In this document: one piece after another, positions 23,464-32,719 of the stretch
How the letters are laid out: each line of letters starts with the position of its first letter
Numbering within the stretch: position 1 is the first letter of the stretch
Assembly: GCA_963829055.1 (NCBI GenBank)
Contig: CAWHHI010000020.1
Span: forward strand, 608,001 to 672,000
Direction: 5' to 3'
Source: an uncultured Gemmatimonadaceae bacterium
Lineage (GTDB): Bacteria > Gemmatimonadota > Gemmatimonadetes > Gemmatimonadales > Gemmatimonadaceae
Length of the DNA: 64,000 nucleotides
Program-made: the position numbers and the translations under genes
The notes under the pieces: generated by a model
What the model saw: only the letters and a program-made list of their open reading frames with translations
Told to the model about the DNA's origin: nothing
Database searches by the model: none

Positions 23464-24667
23464 GTCAGGGGCAGATGGGGCGGATGTCGACGACGTAGGT
23501 CTGGACGGGGCGGCTGGTGGAGCTGCCCCAGTTGGAGGCGAAGACGACGCGCTTGCCGTCGGGCGAGGCGGTCGGGAAGGGGGCCGAGTCGTAGTCGGTG
23601 TTGTTGGCCCGGTGGTGGGCGTAGCGCTCGACGCGCCCCCCGCCGTCGAGGTTGACCGCGTAGATCTCCCCGTCGAAGGCGTAGCCGGTGCGGTCGTTCG
23701 TCGCCGCGTAGCCCCAGCCCGGGCGGGCGGTGCTGCGGGTGCCGGCGTGCCAGTTGTAGCTCGTCACCGCCCCGGTGAGGTCCGTGATCGCCCCGCTGTC
23801 GAGCCGGCGGGCGATGAAGTGGTGCGCGTAGGGCGACTGGCCCACGGCGCCGAAGGCGACCTCGTTGCCGGCCGCGTCGAGCCCCAGGTCGTAGTGGCCG
23901 AAGGTGTAGTCCTGCCAGTAGCCGACCGGCGCCCCGGTCGCGCGCGACCAGACCCGGGTGCGCTGCCTGGCGCCGTCGATGACGCCGTAGGCGACCACGT
24001 AGCCGCCGCCCGCCGACACCGACACCCAGTCGAGGTCCGTCACGCCCGGCCGCCGTCAGGTCGATGACCGCGCCCGGCGCTGCCGCCGTCGACGTCGAGC
24101 ACGCGCGCCACCAGGTGGCCGTCGGAGGCGCGCACCGCCTTGGCCACCAGGTAGCGCCCGTCGTTCGACAGGTTCCCCTCGCTCGGCCCCATCTCGTTGG
24201 AGCGCGTAGCCGGCGACGGCCGGCACCCTGCACCGTGCCCGTGTTCGTGCGCACGTTCCAGTGCCGCACCGCCCCGTCGGGGGCCAGCGACACCGCCACG
24301 TCGGCCAGGCGCGGGTGCAGCCGCCACTCCCCGCCCCCCGGCGGGCCGCCGCGCGAGAACAGCGGCTGGTAGGTGGCGCCGTCGAGGAACAGGGTGAACC
24401 CGGTCCCCTTCATCTGCTTCAGCACCAGCAGCCGCTGGTCGGCCGTCCACACCGGGTCCTTCGAGTAGTTGTGGTAGGCCACCGTCGGCCACGTCCCCGA
24501 CACCCCGCCGCCGATCGGCGTGCCCGGGTCGCCGGTGATGCGCGTGATCGTGGTGCCGAAGTCCGGCTCGAGCACCGACTGCAGGTAGCCCGGCTTCGCC
24601 AGCGCCGTCGTCGCCCGCGCCCCCGTCGACGTCACCACGCTGCACGACCCCCCGCTCGGCGGCGTCG
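23464..24667 (-). repeat. Copy A of ~1.2 kb near-identical direct repeat encoding the propeller domain
   Basis: Matches 29057..30256 base for base apart from roughly 15 substitutions and a few indels (by eye). Confidence 0.92.
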
Positions 24668-27078
24668 GCGCCACCGTCAGCACGGCCATACCGGTCTTTC
24701 CCTCACTCGTCGCGATGACGTTCGCGGTGCCAGCGGCCACCGTCGTAACCAGTCCGGTGGCGGAGACCTGGGCGACCGACGAAGCCGACGACGACCAAGT
24801 CACCGACCGCCCCGTCAGCACGTTCCCCGCCGCGTCCGTGAGCGACGCCGACGCCTGCGTGGTCTGACCCACGATGAGCGACGTCGACGACAGCGACACG
24901 GAGACGGTAGCCACCGGTATCGGCGAAACGGTGAGCGAGAGTGATCCGCTCTTTCCCTCGCTCGTCGCGGTCACCGTCACCGAGCCACTCGCGACGCCTT
25001 TCACCAGGCCGCTCGGCGAAACCGTCGCCACTGCTGTATTCGACGACGTCCAGCCCACGGTGCGTCCGGTGAGCTCGCGGCCGATCGCGTCCTTGATTGT
25101 CACGGTCACCGATAACGTCGACCCAACGACCAGCGACGTCGAGCTCGCCGATAGCGTTACGGTCGCCACCGGCGCGGGGGCCGGCGCGTCGATGGTCACC
25201 GTCGCGGCGCCGGTTTGATTCTCGCTCGTCGCTACGATCGATGCCGAACCCGCGCTCACGGCCGTCACCACTCCGGTAGGCGAAACCGTCGCCACGCCGG
25301 TGTTGGCGCTTGACCAGGTCACCGTGCGACCGGTCAACGGATTGCCCGCTGCATCCCGAAGGACCGCGGTTGCCTGTGTCGTCGCCCCGATCGCCACTGA
25401 CGCCGACGCCAGCGTCACCGACACTGACGCGACCGGCGCTGGCGGCGGCTCCGCGACGGTGACCGCTGTCGTGGAGCTGATGTCGTCAGCGACGGCGGAG
25501 ATCGTGGCGCTTCCGCCGCCCATCGCCTTCACCAATCCCGCCGGTCCGACGGTCGCCACCGCCGTGTTGGAGCTCGACCAATTCACTGCGCGATCGGCGA
25601 GCGGCACGCCCGATGCGTCGCGCACGGTAGCCGAAAGCGTCGCGGTATCACCTGTTGTGAGCGAGAGGCTGGCCGGAGACACGACGACGGACGCGGCAGG
25701 AATCACCGTGACCGACACGGGGGCCGACGAGGCCAGCCCACTGGACGACGCCTGAACGGATGTGCTGCCGATCGCGGCGGCGCTGACAGCGCCGGATGCC
25801 GTGACGGGCGCGACTGCGCTGTTCGCGCTCGCCCATTTGATCGTTTGGTTCGGGATGGCGACTCCCTTCGCGTCGCGCACCTCCGCCTGCAGCTGCGTAT
25901 TCTGGCCGACCGTGAGCGAGACGCTCGACGGGAGGATGGCGATCGATGCCGGCACGGGTGCGCTGATGGTCAGCGACGCGTTGCCGATTTTCGCTTCGCA
26001 GATGGCGCTGATGGTCACGGACCCGTTCGCGACAGCGGTCACGAGGCCCTTGGAGTCCACCGCGGCGAGCGCGGGATTGGAGCTCTGCCAGGCGATGGTG
26101 CGCCCCGTCAGGACGTTGCCCTGCGCGTCCTTCACGGTGGCGGTGGCTTGCGTGGTCTGTCCGACCGACAGCGTCCCGCTGCCTAACGACACGCCGACCG
26201 TGGCCGCCGGCACGCCAAGCACGTTCACGGACGCCGTGGCTTTCTTGCTCTTCGACTGCGCCGTGATGATCGCGAGTCCCTTCGCGACACCCGTGACGAG
26301 GCCAGCGTCCGAGACGGTGGCAATCGATGGATTCGAGGACGACCACTTTGGAACGACACCGCTCACGATGCGTCCGTTGTCATCGAGCGCGGAGGCGGTG
26401 AGCTGCAGGCTTTCGCCAGGAAGGATCGAGGCGTTCAGCGGTGCCACCGTGAGGGACGACGTCGATCCACGAAGGACGTCGACCGAGGCCGACGCCGTGA
26501 CGCCGCTCAGCTGCGCACTGATCGTCACCGATCCCTCTTCGAGACCGGTCATCACGCCATCAGCGCTGATGGTCGCCACCGTCGGATCGGAGCTCACCCA
26601 CTGAACGCTCGCCCCACTTGCCGCAACCGTCCCCGCCGCGGTGGTCGTCGACGCGACGAGACGGAGCGAATCGCCGAGCATAACGAGTGCGGCTCCAGGC
26701 AACACCGCGAGCGACGGCGGCGACTGAATGATGACGGTCGCGGTGTCTGGCGCGGCGCCCGCCTGAACGATGATGTGAGCGACACCAGGCGTTAGGCCCG
26801 CGACCAGCCCCGCGGCCGAAACAGTCGCGACGGACGGGTTGTCGGATCGCCATTCGACCGCGTGATCACGGGTGACGTTCCGATCGTCGAAGACGCGAGC
26901 GGTCAGCTGGGAGCTGGCCCCGGTCGTTATGGTATCTGCTTTTGGTGAGACCGAGACGCGAAAGGCTGATGGTGGGCGTGCTACTGCTGCCCGGGCTCAT
27001 GGAGTCGGGGCTGCAGCCCTCGACCATGACGCTCATGACGAGTAAGGACGCCGTGACCGTGCGGATAAGCGGTCGCAT
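23465..27078 (-). CDS. Large lipoprotein with about 9 Big_2 repeats and a C-terminal beta-propeller (frameshifted)
   Basis: MRPLIRTVTASLLVMSVMVEGC signal with GGAGGGG RBS; nine W-x-S-x-N...VATVS..GLV repeats; propeller ending PTASPDGKRVVFASNW...DIRPICP in ORF 23465..24043. Confidence 0.8.
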
Positions 27079-27100
27079 GGACCCCTCCGTGAGGGTACGT

Positions 27101-27196
27101 TCGGCGGCTCGGCCGGCGTGGCACGCGACCCGACGCGTGCGGTAGCCCCGTTGGCTTTGCGTCCCCGGCTTTCGCCGGGTTTGCCCTTGTCGCGTC
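27101..27196 (-). ncRNA. c-di-GMP-I (GEMM-I) riboswitch
   Basis: Minus strand GACGCGACAAGGGCAAACCCGGCGAAAGCCGGGGACGCAAAGCCAACGGGGCTAC...GCCGAGCCGCCGA fits the GGCAAAC-stem-GAAA-stem-GACGCAAAGC core; lies about 20 nt upstream of the ATG at 27078. Confidence 0.92.
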
Positions 27197-27436
27197 ACCC
27201 TCAGGGGGTGGTGCGATCTTGCCAATCAGTTTTCGATGACGTCCGGATGACGACCCGCGCTTTGGGCGCGTCACCCGCACGGCGGCACGGTCCTTCACGC
27301 GACCCCCATTTTGTCGCGTGATCACATCGTTAGGCGGTCCGGCGGCGCAGAGTTACTGTGATGCAGCGCTCATTCAACGACAGCGCGTCGGGACAGTGCA
27401 ACCATCATGGCGAAATGCGAGTGCCGCGCGATCACG

Positions 27437-28813
27437 TTAGGCACCGTGCGATGGCTGTTCGTCACGATGCCGGCCTCTCCACCACGTGACGAGCCCCATC
27501 GCGGCCAGCACGCACACGAACGGCATCGCCGGATGACGGAAACGGCCGACACCCACGGGCCCGCCGGCTATGGTGATGAAGTAGGCGATGCTCAGCACCG
27601 AGAGCAGCACCGCCGGGTCGAGTGTACGATGTTCGGCAAGCCACCCCCGTACTGCCAGGGCGTACATGAAGACGAGAAACATCCCGAGCACGCCGAGCAA
27701 CACGAAGGCGAGCAGGTTCGTGTGCAGGATGCGCCGGATCCCGGCTGCGAGCCCATCGGTCACGACCACGCTCAGCACACCGCTGTTCCCCTCGTACAGC
27801 CCGTACGACTGCAGCAGCGAGAGTGCGCCCGGGTCGAGCATCACGCGCGTCATGCCGGCGACGTGAATTCGCGCGTAGAGCGGAAGGTTCGCCTTGACGA
27901 TCCGGCCGCCTTCAGCGCCCATGTAGGTGAAGCGGCGCCCTCGCGACCACGTTGCCTGCTCCGGGTGACGCCGCAGGTAGACGCGGCCGTCGTGGTAGCC
28001 CCACGCCGTTTGCACGTCAGCGTAGGATCTCCCTTCTCTCCTCGCCTCGACGGCCGCGGCGTTGTAGAAGTACATGTTGACGGCCGAGATCGCGGAAAAT
28101 CCGCCAAAGTCGAGCGCTCGATTCCGGATGTGCCACGGCGCAACGATCGACAGAGCCACCACCGTCGCGAGCACGAAGTGGCTCAGCCGACGCCAATCAC
28201 GAGCGGCGATCGCCGCCGCGGCGAGGAACGCCAACAGTCCAAACGAGAGGTAGTACCCGGCCGGACGGACGTACGCCGCAACCGAAAGGAGCGCAGTCCC
28301 GGCCAGGAGCGCGGAGCGCTTCGGCGCGCGAACATACGCGACCAACAGGGCGACGGCCCAGACGACGAGGAGTGTGAAGAGCGTCTCCGTGCCTAACGCG
28401 GATGTCGCTCTGACCGAGATCGGTTCGAACGCGTAGAGCGCAGCCGCAATGAGCCCTGCGCGCGCGTCGCCCGTTACCCTGCGCGCAACGACGAACACAC
28501 CCAGCGTCGTGAGCACCGACAGCGCCACCTGGATCACGATCGTGACCGGAACCACATGTCCCGACCAGAGCCCGACGACCAGAAGGAGCGGATAGCCGGG
28601 CGTGCGCTCGAGCTCGGGGATTCCACGCACCGCGAAGGTTCCGCGGGCCAGCAGCTCACGCGCCGGTGCCAGGTACGACTCGCTGTCCTGCTCGATGAAC
28701 ACGCTCGGATCGCGCGTTACCAGCCACGCTCCGAGCGCGTACGCCATGCGAACCGCCGCGGCAATGACGAGCAGCCAGATCAGCAGTTCCCGCTCCCGCG
28801 GTTGCGCTCGCAT
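27437..28813 (-). CDS. GT-C fold membrane glycosyltransferase (ArnT/PMT-like)
   Basis: EQDSESY, ERTPGYPLLL, GTETLFTLL, AYVRP, RFRHPAMP; multiple TM helices; ORF 27437..28882, start chosen at MRAQPR. Confidence 0.75.
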   Translation of the reverse strand: MRAQPRERELLIWLLVIAAAVRMAYALGAWLVTRDPSVFIEQDSESYLAPARELLARGTFAVRGIPELERTPGYPLLLVVGLWSGHVVPVTIVIQVALSVLTTLGVFVVARRVTGDARAGLIAAALYAFEPISVRATSALGTETLFTLLVVWAVALLVAYVRAPKRSALLAGTALLSVAAYVRPAGYYLSFGLLAFLAAAAIAARDWRRLSHFVLATVVALSIVAPWHIRNRALDFGGFSAISAVNMYFYNAAAVEARREGRSYADVQTAWGYHDGRVYLRRHPEQATWSRGRRFTYMGAEGGRIVKANLPLYARIHVAGMTRVMLDPGALSLLQSYGLYEGNSGVLSVVVTDGLAAGIRRILHTNLLAFVLLGVLGMFLVFMYALAVRGWLAEHRTLDPAVLLSVLSIAYFITIAGGPVGVGRFRHPAMPFVCVLAAMGLVTWWRGRHRDEQPSHGA

Positions 28814-28962
28814 TAAATGAATGGCGGTCCGTCCAACGCTCAATGAGCGGTACAAGCAAGGCAGCGCTGACGAACGATGCAAGGCGTCGATCCCGTGGCC
28901 GGTGTCGCGACGCAGTGAATGGCGTCGGTGAGCTGCGGCGTTAGCGGCGCGCGTGTCAACGC

Positions 28963-28998
28963 CAAGTGGGGGGCACCTGACTAGGTGCCCCCCACTTG
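28963..28998. terminator. Perfect 16 bp hairpin downstream of the ricin-Big_2-propeller gene
   Basis: CAAGTGGGGGGCACCT-gact-AGGTGCCCCCCACTTG; no clear U-tract. Confidence 0.65.
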
Positions 28999-29056
28999 TT
29001 ACGTCGACCTCACCCTGCCTCCCTCACCCTGCATCGGGCGCGGGAGCGGGCCCCGC

Positions 29057-30256
29057 GTCAGGGGCAGATGGGGCGGATGTCGACGACGTAGGTCTGGACG
29101 GGGCGGCTGGTGGAGCTGCCCCAGTTGGAGGCGAAGACGACGCGCTTGCCGTCGGGCGAGGCGGTCGGGAAGGGGGCCGAGTCGTAGTCGGTGTTGTTGG
29201 CCCGGTGGTGGGCGTAGCGCTCGACGCGCCCCCCGCCGGCGAGGTTCACCGCGTAGATCTCCCCGTCGAAGGCGTAGCCGGTGCGGTCGTTCGTCGCCGC
29301 GTAGCCCCAGCCCGGGCGGGCGGTGCTGCGGGTGCCGGCGTGCCAGTTGTAGCTCGTCACCGCCCCGGTGAGGTCCGTGATCGCCCCGCCGTCGAGCCGG
29401 CGGGCGATGAAGTGGTGCGCGTAGGGCGACTGGCCCACGGCGCCGAAGGCGACCTCGTTGCCGGCCGCGTCGAGCCCCAGGTCGTAGTGGCCGAAGGTGT
29501 AGTCCTGCCAGTAGCCGACCGGCGCCCCGGTGGCCCGCGACCAGAGCCGGGTGCGCTGCCGGGCGCCGTCGATGACGCCGTAGGCGACCACGTAGCCGCC
29601 GCCCGCCGACACCGACACCCAGTCGAGGTCCGTCACCCCGGCCGCCGTCAGGTCGATGACCGGCCCGGCGCTGCCGCCGTCGACGTCGAGCACGCGCGCC
29701 ACCAGGTGGCCGTCGGAGGCGCGCACCGCCTTGGCCACCAGGTAGCGCCCGTCGGCCGACAGGTTCCCCTCGCTCGGCCCCATCTCGTTGGAGCCGTAGC
29801 CGGCGACGGCCGGCACCCGCACCGTGCCCGTGTTCGTGCGCACGTTCCAGTGCCGCACCGCCCCGTCGGGGGCCAGCGACACGGCCACGTCGGCCAGGCG
29901 CGGGTGCAGCCGCCACTCCCCGCCCCCCGGCGGGCCGCCGCGCGAGAACAGCGGCTGGTAGGTGGCGCCGTCGAGGAACAGGGTGAACCCGGTCCCCTTC
30001 ATCTGCTTCAGCACCAGCAGCCGCTGGTCGGCCGTCCACACCGGGTCCTTCGAGTAGTTGTGGTAGGCCACCGTCGGCCACGTCCCCGACACCCCGCCGC
30101 CGATCGGCGTGCCCGGGTCGCCGGTGATGCGCGTGATCGTGGTGCCGAAGTCCGGCTCGAGCACCGACTGCAGGTAGCCCGGCTTCGCCAGCGCCGTCGT
30201 CGCCCGCGCCCCCGTCGACGTCACCACGCTGCACGACCCCCCGCTCGGCGGCGTCG
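29057..30256 (-). repeat. Copy B of ~1.2 kb near-identical direct repeat encoding the propeller domain
   Basis: Matches 23464..24667. Confidence 0.92.
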
Positions 30257-31107
30257 CCACCGTGCTGCTCCCGCTCACCGTCGAGCACCGCCGTGCCGGA
30301 TACGCCACCGGCCGTGGCCGTGATCGTCGCCGTGCCCGCACCGAGCGCCGTAGCGAGACCGGCGGCGGTCACACTGGCCACCGAAGGAGCAGAGCTAGTC
30401 CACGACACGGTCTGTCCGGTCAACGCGTTGCCGTTTGCATCTTCGAGGGTCGCGGTAGCCTGCGCCGTCTGAGCAATCGTGATCGACGCAGCGCTCAACG
30501 CGACAGAAACGCTCGCGACGGCGACGGGCCCCGGAGCGGGAGCGCTCGAAATGACGCTCTCGCCCCACTTCTGGCTGTTGTCGCCGTTTCGGCAGTTATC
30601 AATGTAGAGCGTTGTTCCATCGACGGGATGGCCGTTAAAGGAAATGCAGAGGCCGTTGATTCCCTTGATCCGTCCGCCGCTCGTCAGCGTCCACTGCTGG
30701 TTGGCCCGTCCGTGGCAACCCCAGATCACGATTCGGTCGCCGACGTTACCCTCAGCGGTGTAAGCATCGAGGCAGTAGCCCGACCCGATCTTGATGAGGC
30801 GGTCGGGCGTCAACTCGAATTTCTGGGAAGTTGTACCGGCGCACGGCTGAAGCTCGACCCGAGCTCCGTCGTACATCGACCCATTGCGAATCGTCATGCA
30901 CTTCGAATCCTGCCAGCTAGAGTTGATGGTGGCGACGACTGATCCGTTCGATACATCAACGACGGCGAGAGAGGGGTTGACGACGTTGTCCGGGCTGACC
31001 ATGCCGGGAGAGTCGGGAGAACAGGCCGCGAGCTGGAGGGCGAATACGAAAACCGAGAACGCCACAGCGCGGCTAGCCGACTTGGGTCGGCTGGCAAGGA
31101 ATTGCAT
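29058..31107 (-). CDS. Lipoprotein: ricin-B lectin + 1 Big_2 + beta-propeller (frameshift near 30285)
   Basis: QLAAC lipobox; QxW ricin repeats (SQKF, NQQW, SQKW) with Cys pairs; one Big_2 repeat; propeller in ORF 29058..30341. Confidence 0.85.
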
Positions 31108-31130
31108 CTTACAGCTTCCTCCGGGTACAA

Positions 31131-31228
31131 CGGCGGCTCGACTGGCGTGACCCGCGCACACCCTGCGCGCGAACGGTAGCCTCGTAGCTTTGCGTCGCCG
31201 GCTTTAGCCGGTTTTGCCTTTGTCGCGT
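31131..31228 (-). ncRNA. c-di-GMP-I (GEMM-I) riboswitch with a UAAA P2 loop
   Basis: Minus strand CACGCGACAAAGGCAAAACCGGCTAAAGCCGGCGACGCAAAGCTACGAGGCTAC...GTCGAGCCGCCG; about 25 nt upstream of the ATG at 31107. Confidence 0.88.
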
Positions 31229-31461
31229 GCCCCCGGAAGGGGCGCTGCGATCCTGCCGTCAGTTTGGTGTGAGCTGAAACTGTACGGGATCGCTCTAGGC
31301 CCTACAATTATTCAGGCAATTAGGTTGCTTTAAGTTTTGTCTGCCTCGGTCAGGATGGTTTAAGACTTTCTCAGGAAAGCGTTTGGGTTACTCGCGCGTT
31401 TTAGAAAATGCCAATGTCTTTGGTTATGACTGGCTAATGAGTCAACGAACCGTCTGCCAGG

Positions 31462-32490
31462 TCAGGGCACACGGAGACCATCTCGCCGCAGCGCCAGACG
31501 GGCGCGGAGAACACCTGTAACCACCTGCTTGAACACGGCAGGATTTCCGTTGTAGCCGAACCGGGGCAGAAGGAACGGCGATTCAGTCGACGAATGCCAC
31601 AGCGACGCCGTCGCATATCCTGGCGTCGCAGTCACCGCGGTCTCGAATCCAAGCGCCCGCAGGTTTGCGGGTTCACGACGGGAAATGTCCTGCGGACCTC
31701 CGTTTGGATAACAAAAGATCGGCACCGCCCCGGGCGTCTGTTCGCGCAGCCGTAGCCATGAGCCTTCGATTTCCCGACGTGCGGAGGCATCGTCCAGCTG
31801 CGACATGATGGGATGCGTGATGGTATGCGGTCCGAACGACACACCCTGTCGTGCAAAGCCGCGAATCTCGTCCCAGGTCATCGGCGCAAACTCGGCGGGC
31901 GCGTGTGCGGGTAGGTCCACGCCGAGCAGCCGCTCAACCTCCCCGAGAACGCGCCGCCTCTCCGTGTCCGATACACGCTTGACATGCTCGGTCAGAGCCC
32001 TTGCGGCTTTGTGAGCCAGCTCCGTTGTGCCCAGCGTCGCGGAGAACTGTTCATGCCCGACCTCGAGATCGAGCTTACGGATTTTTGCCTGAGCCATTGT
32101 CTCGCGTAGACGGTCCCACCAATACCAACCGCCTTCGTCCACTACCCCTGTGGCGATGAAGACGGTGACCGGACAGTCGAACTCGGCGAAGAGTCCGGCG
32201 CCAACAGTGGCGAAGTCGGCGTAGCCATCATCGACGGTGAACGCGATCGTCTTCCCTAGCCGGGAGTCGCGGTCGCGCAGTCGGCCGACCAGCTCGGTAA
32301 GTGACACGAGCTCGTATCGGTTCCGCCGGAGGTAGGCGAGGTCTGCGCGCACGACACTCGGGTCGTGACCGCCGTTGCCGCGTTCACGGTCGGCGAAGCG
32401 GTGCAGCATGAAGATCGACCCAGATCCTCGGAGCAGTTGTTGAGAAAACGGAGCAACGAGGTCTGCGGCGAGCTTGAACGGGTTGAGCAT
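31462..32490 (-). CDS. Polysaccharide deacetylase (NodB/CE4 family)
   Basis: IFMLHR, AFTVDDGY, FGPHTITHP, FCYPNG, LLPRF. Confidence 0.9.
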   Translation of the reverse strand: MLNPFKLAADLVAPFSQQLLRGSGSIFMLHRFADRERGNGGHDPSVVRADLAYLRRNRYELVSLTELVGRLRDRDSRLGKTIAFTVDDGYADFATVGAGLFAEFDCPVTVFIATGVVDEGGWYWWDRLRETMAQAKIRKLDLEVGHEQFSATLGTTELAHKAARALTEHVKRVSDTERRRVLGEVERLLGVDLPAHAPAEFAPMTWDEIRGFARQGVSFGPHTITHPIMSQLDDASARREIEGSWLRLREQTPGAVPIFCYPNGGPQDISRREPANLRALGFETAVTATPGYATASLWHSSTESPFLLPRFGYNGNPAVFKQVVTGVLRARLALRRDGLRVP

Positions 32491-32719
32491 TGGCAGTGCC
32501 GGTGTGGATGCGGGCGCCGAGCGGCGTCGCACGAGGTTATGACTCGCGTCTGAGGATGGCAACGCCAACAGGGTTAGCCTCTCGGTTCAGCTTCACTGGT
32601 TCGGGCTGAAATGGTGATCGACCGTTCCACTCTGGTACGCGCGACGACCGCGTCTGATATTCCGAATCCCACGCGATTGTCGCTTCGTCTGTGCTCTGGA
32701 AGTAAGCCGAGGTTTTTGT

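Noticed and set aside
14459..30323. Long antisense or alternate-frame ORFs (e.g. 14857..16260 -, 16991..17929 -, 27407..28396 +, 28953..30323 +)
   Set aside because: Shadow ORFs typical of high-GC DNA; they overlap well-supported genes and have no recognisable motifs.
27101..31228. c-AMP-GMP-sensing (GEMM-Ib) assignment for the riboswitches
   Set aside because: Both have G, not A, at the discriminating position just 5' of GCAAA.
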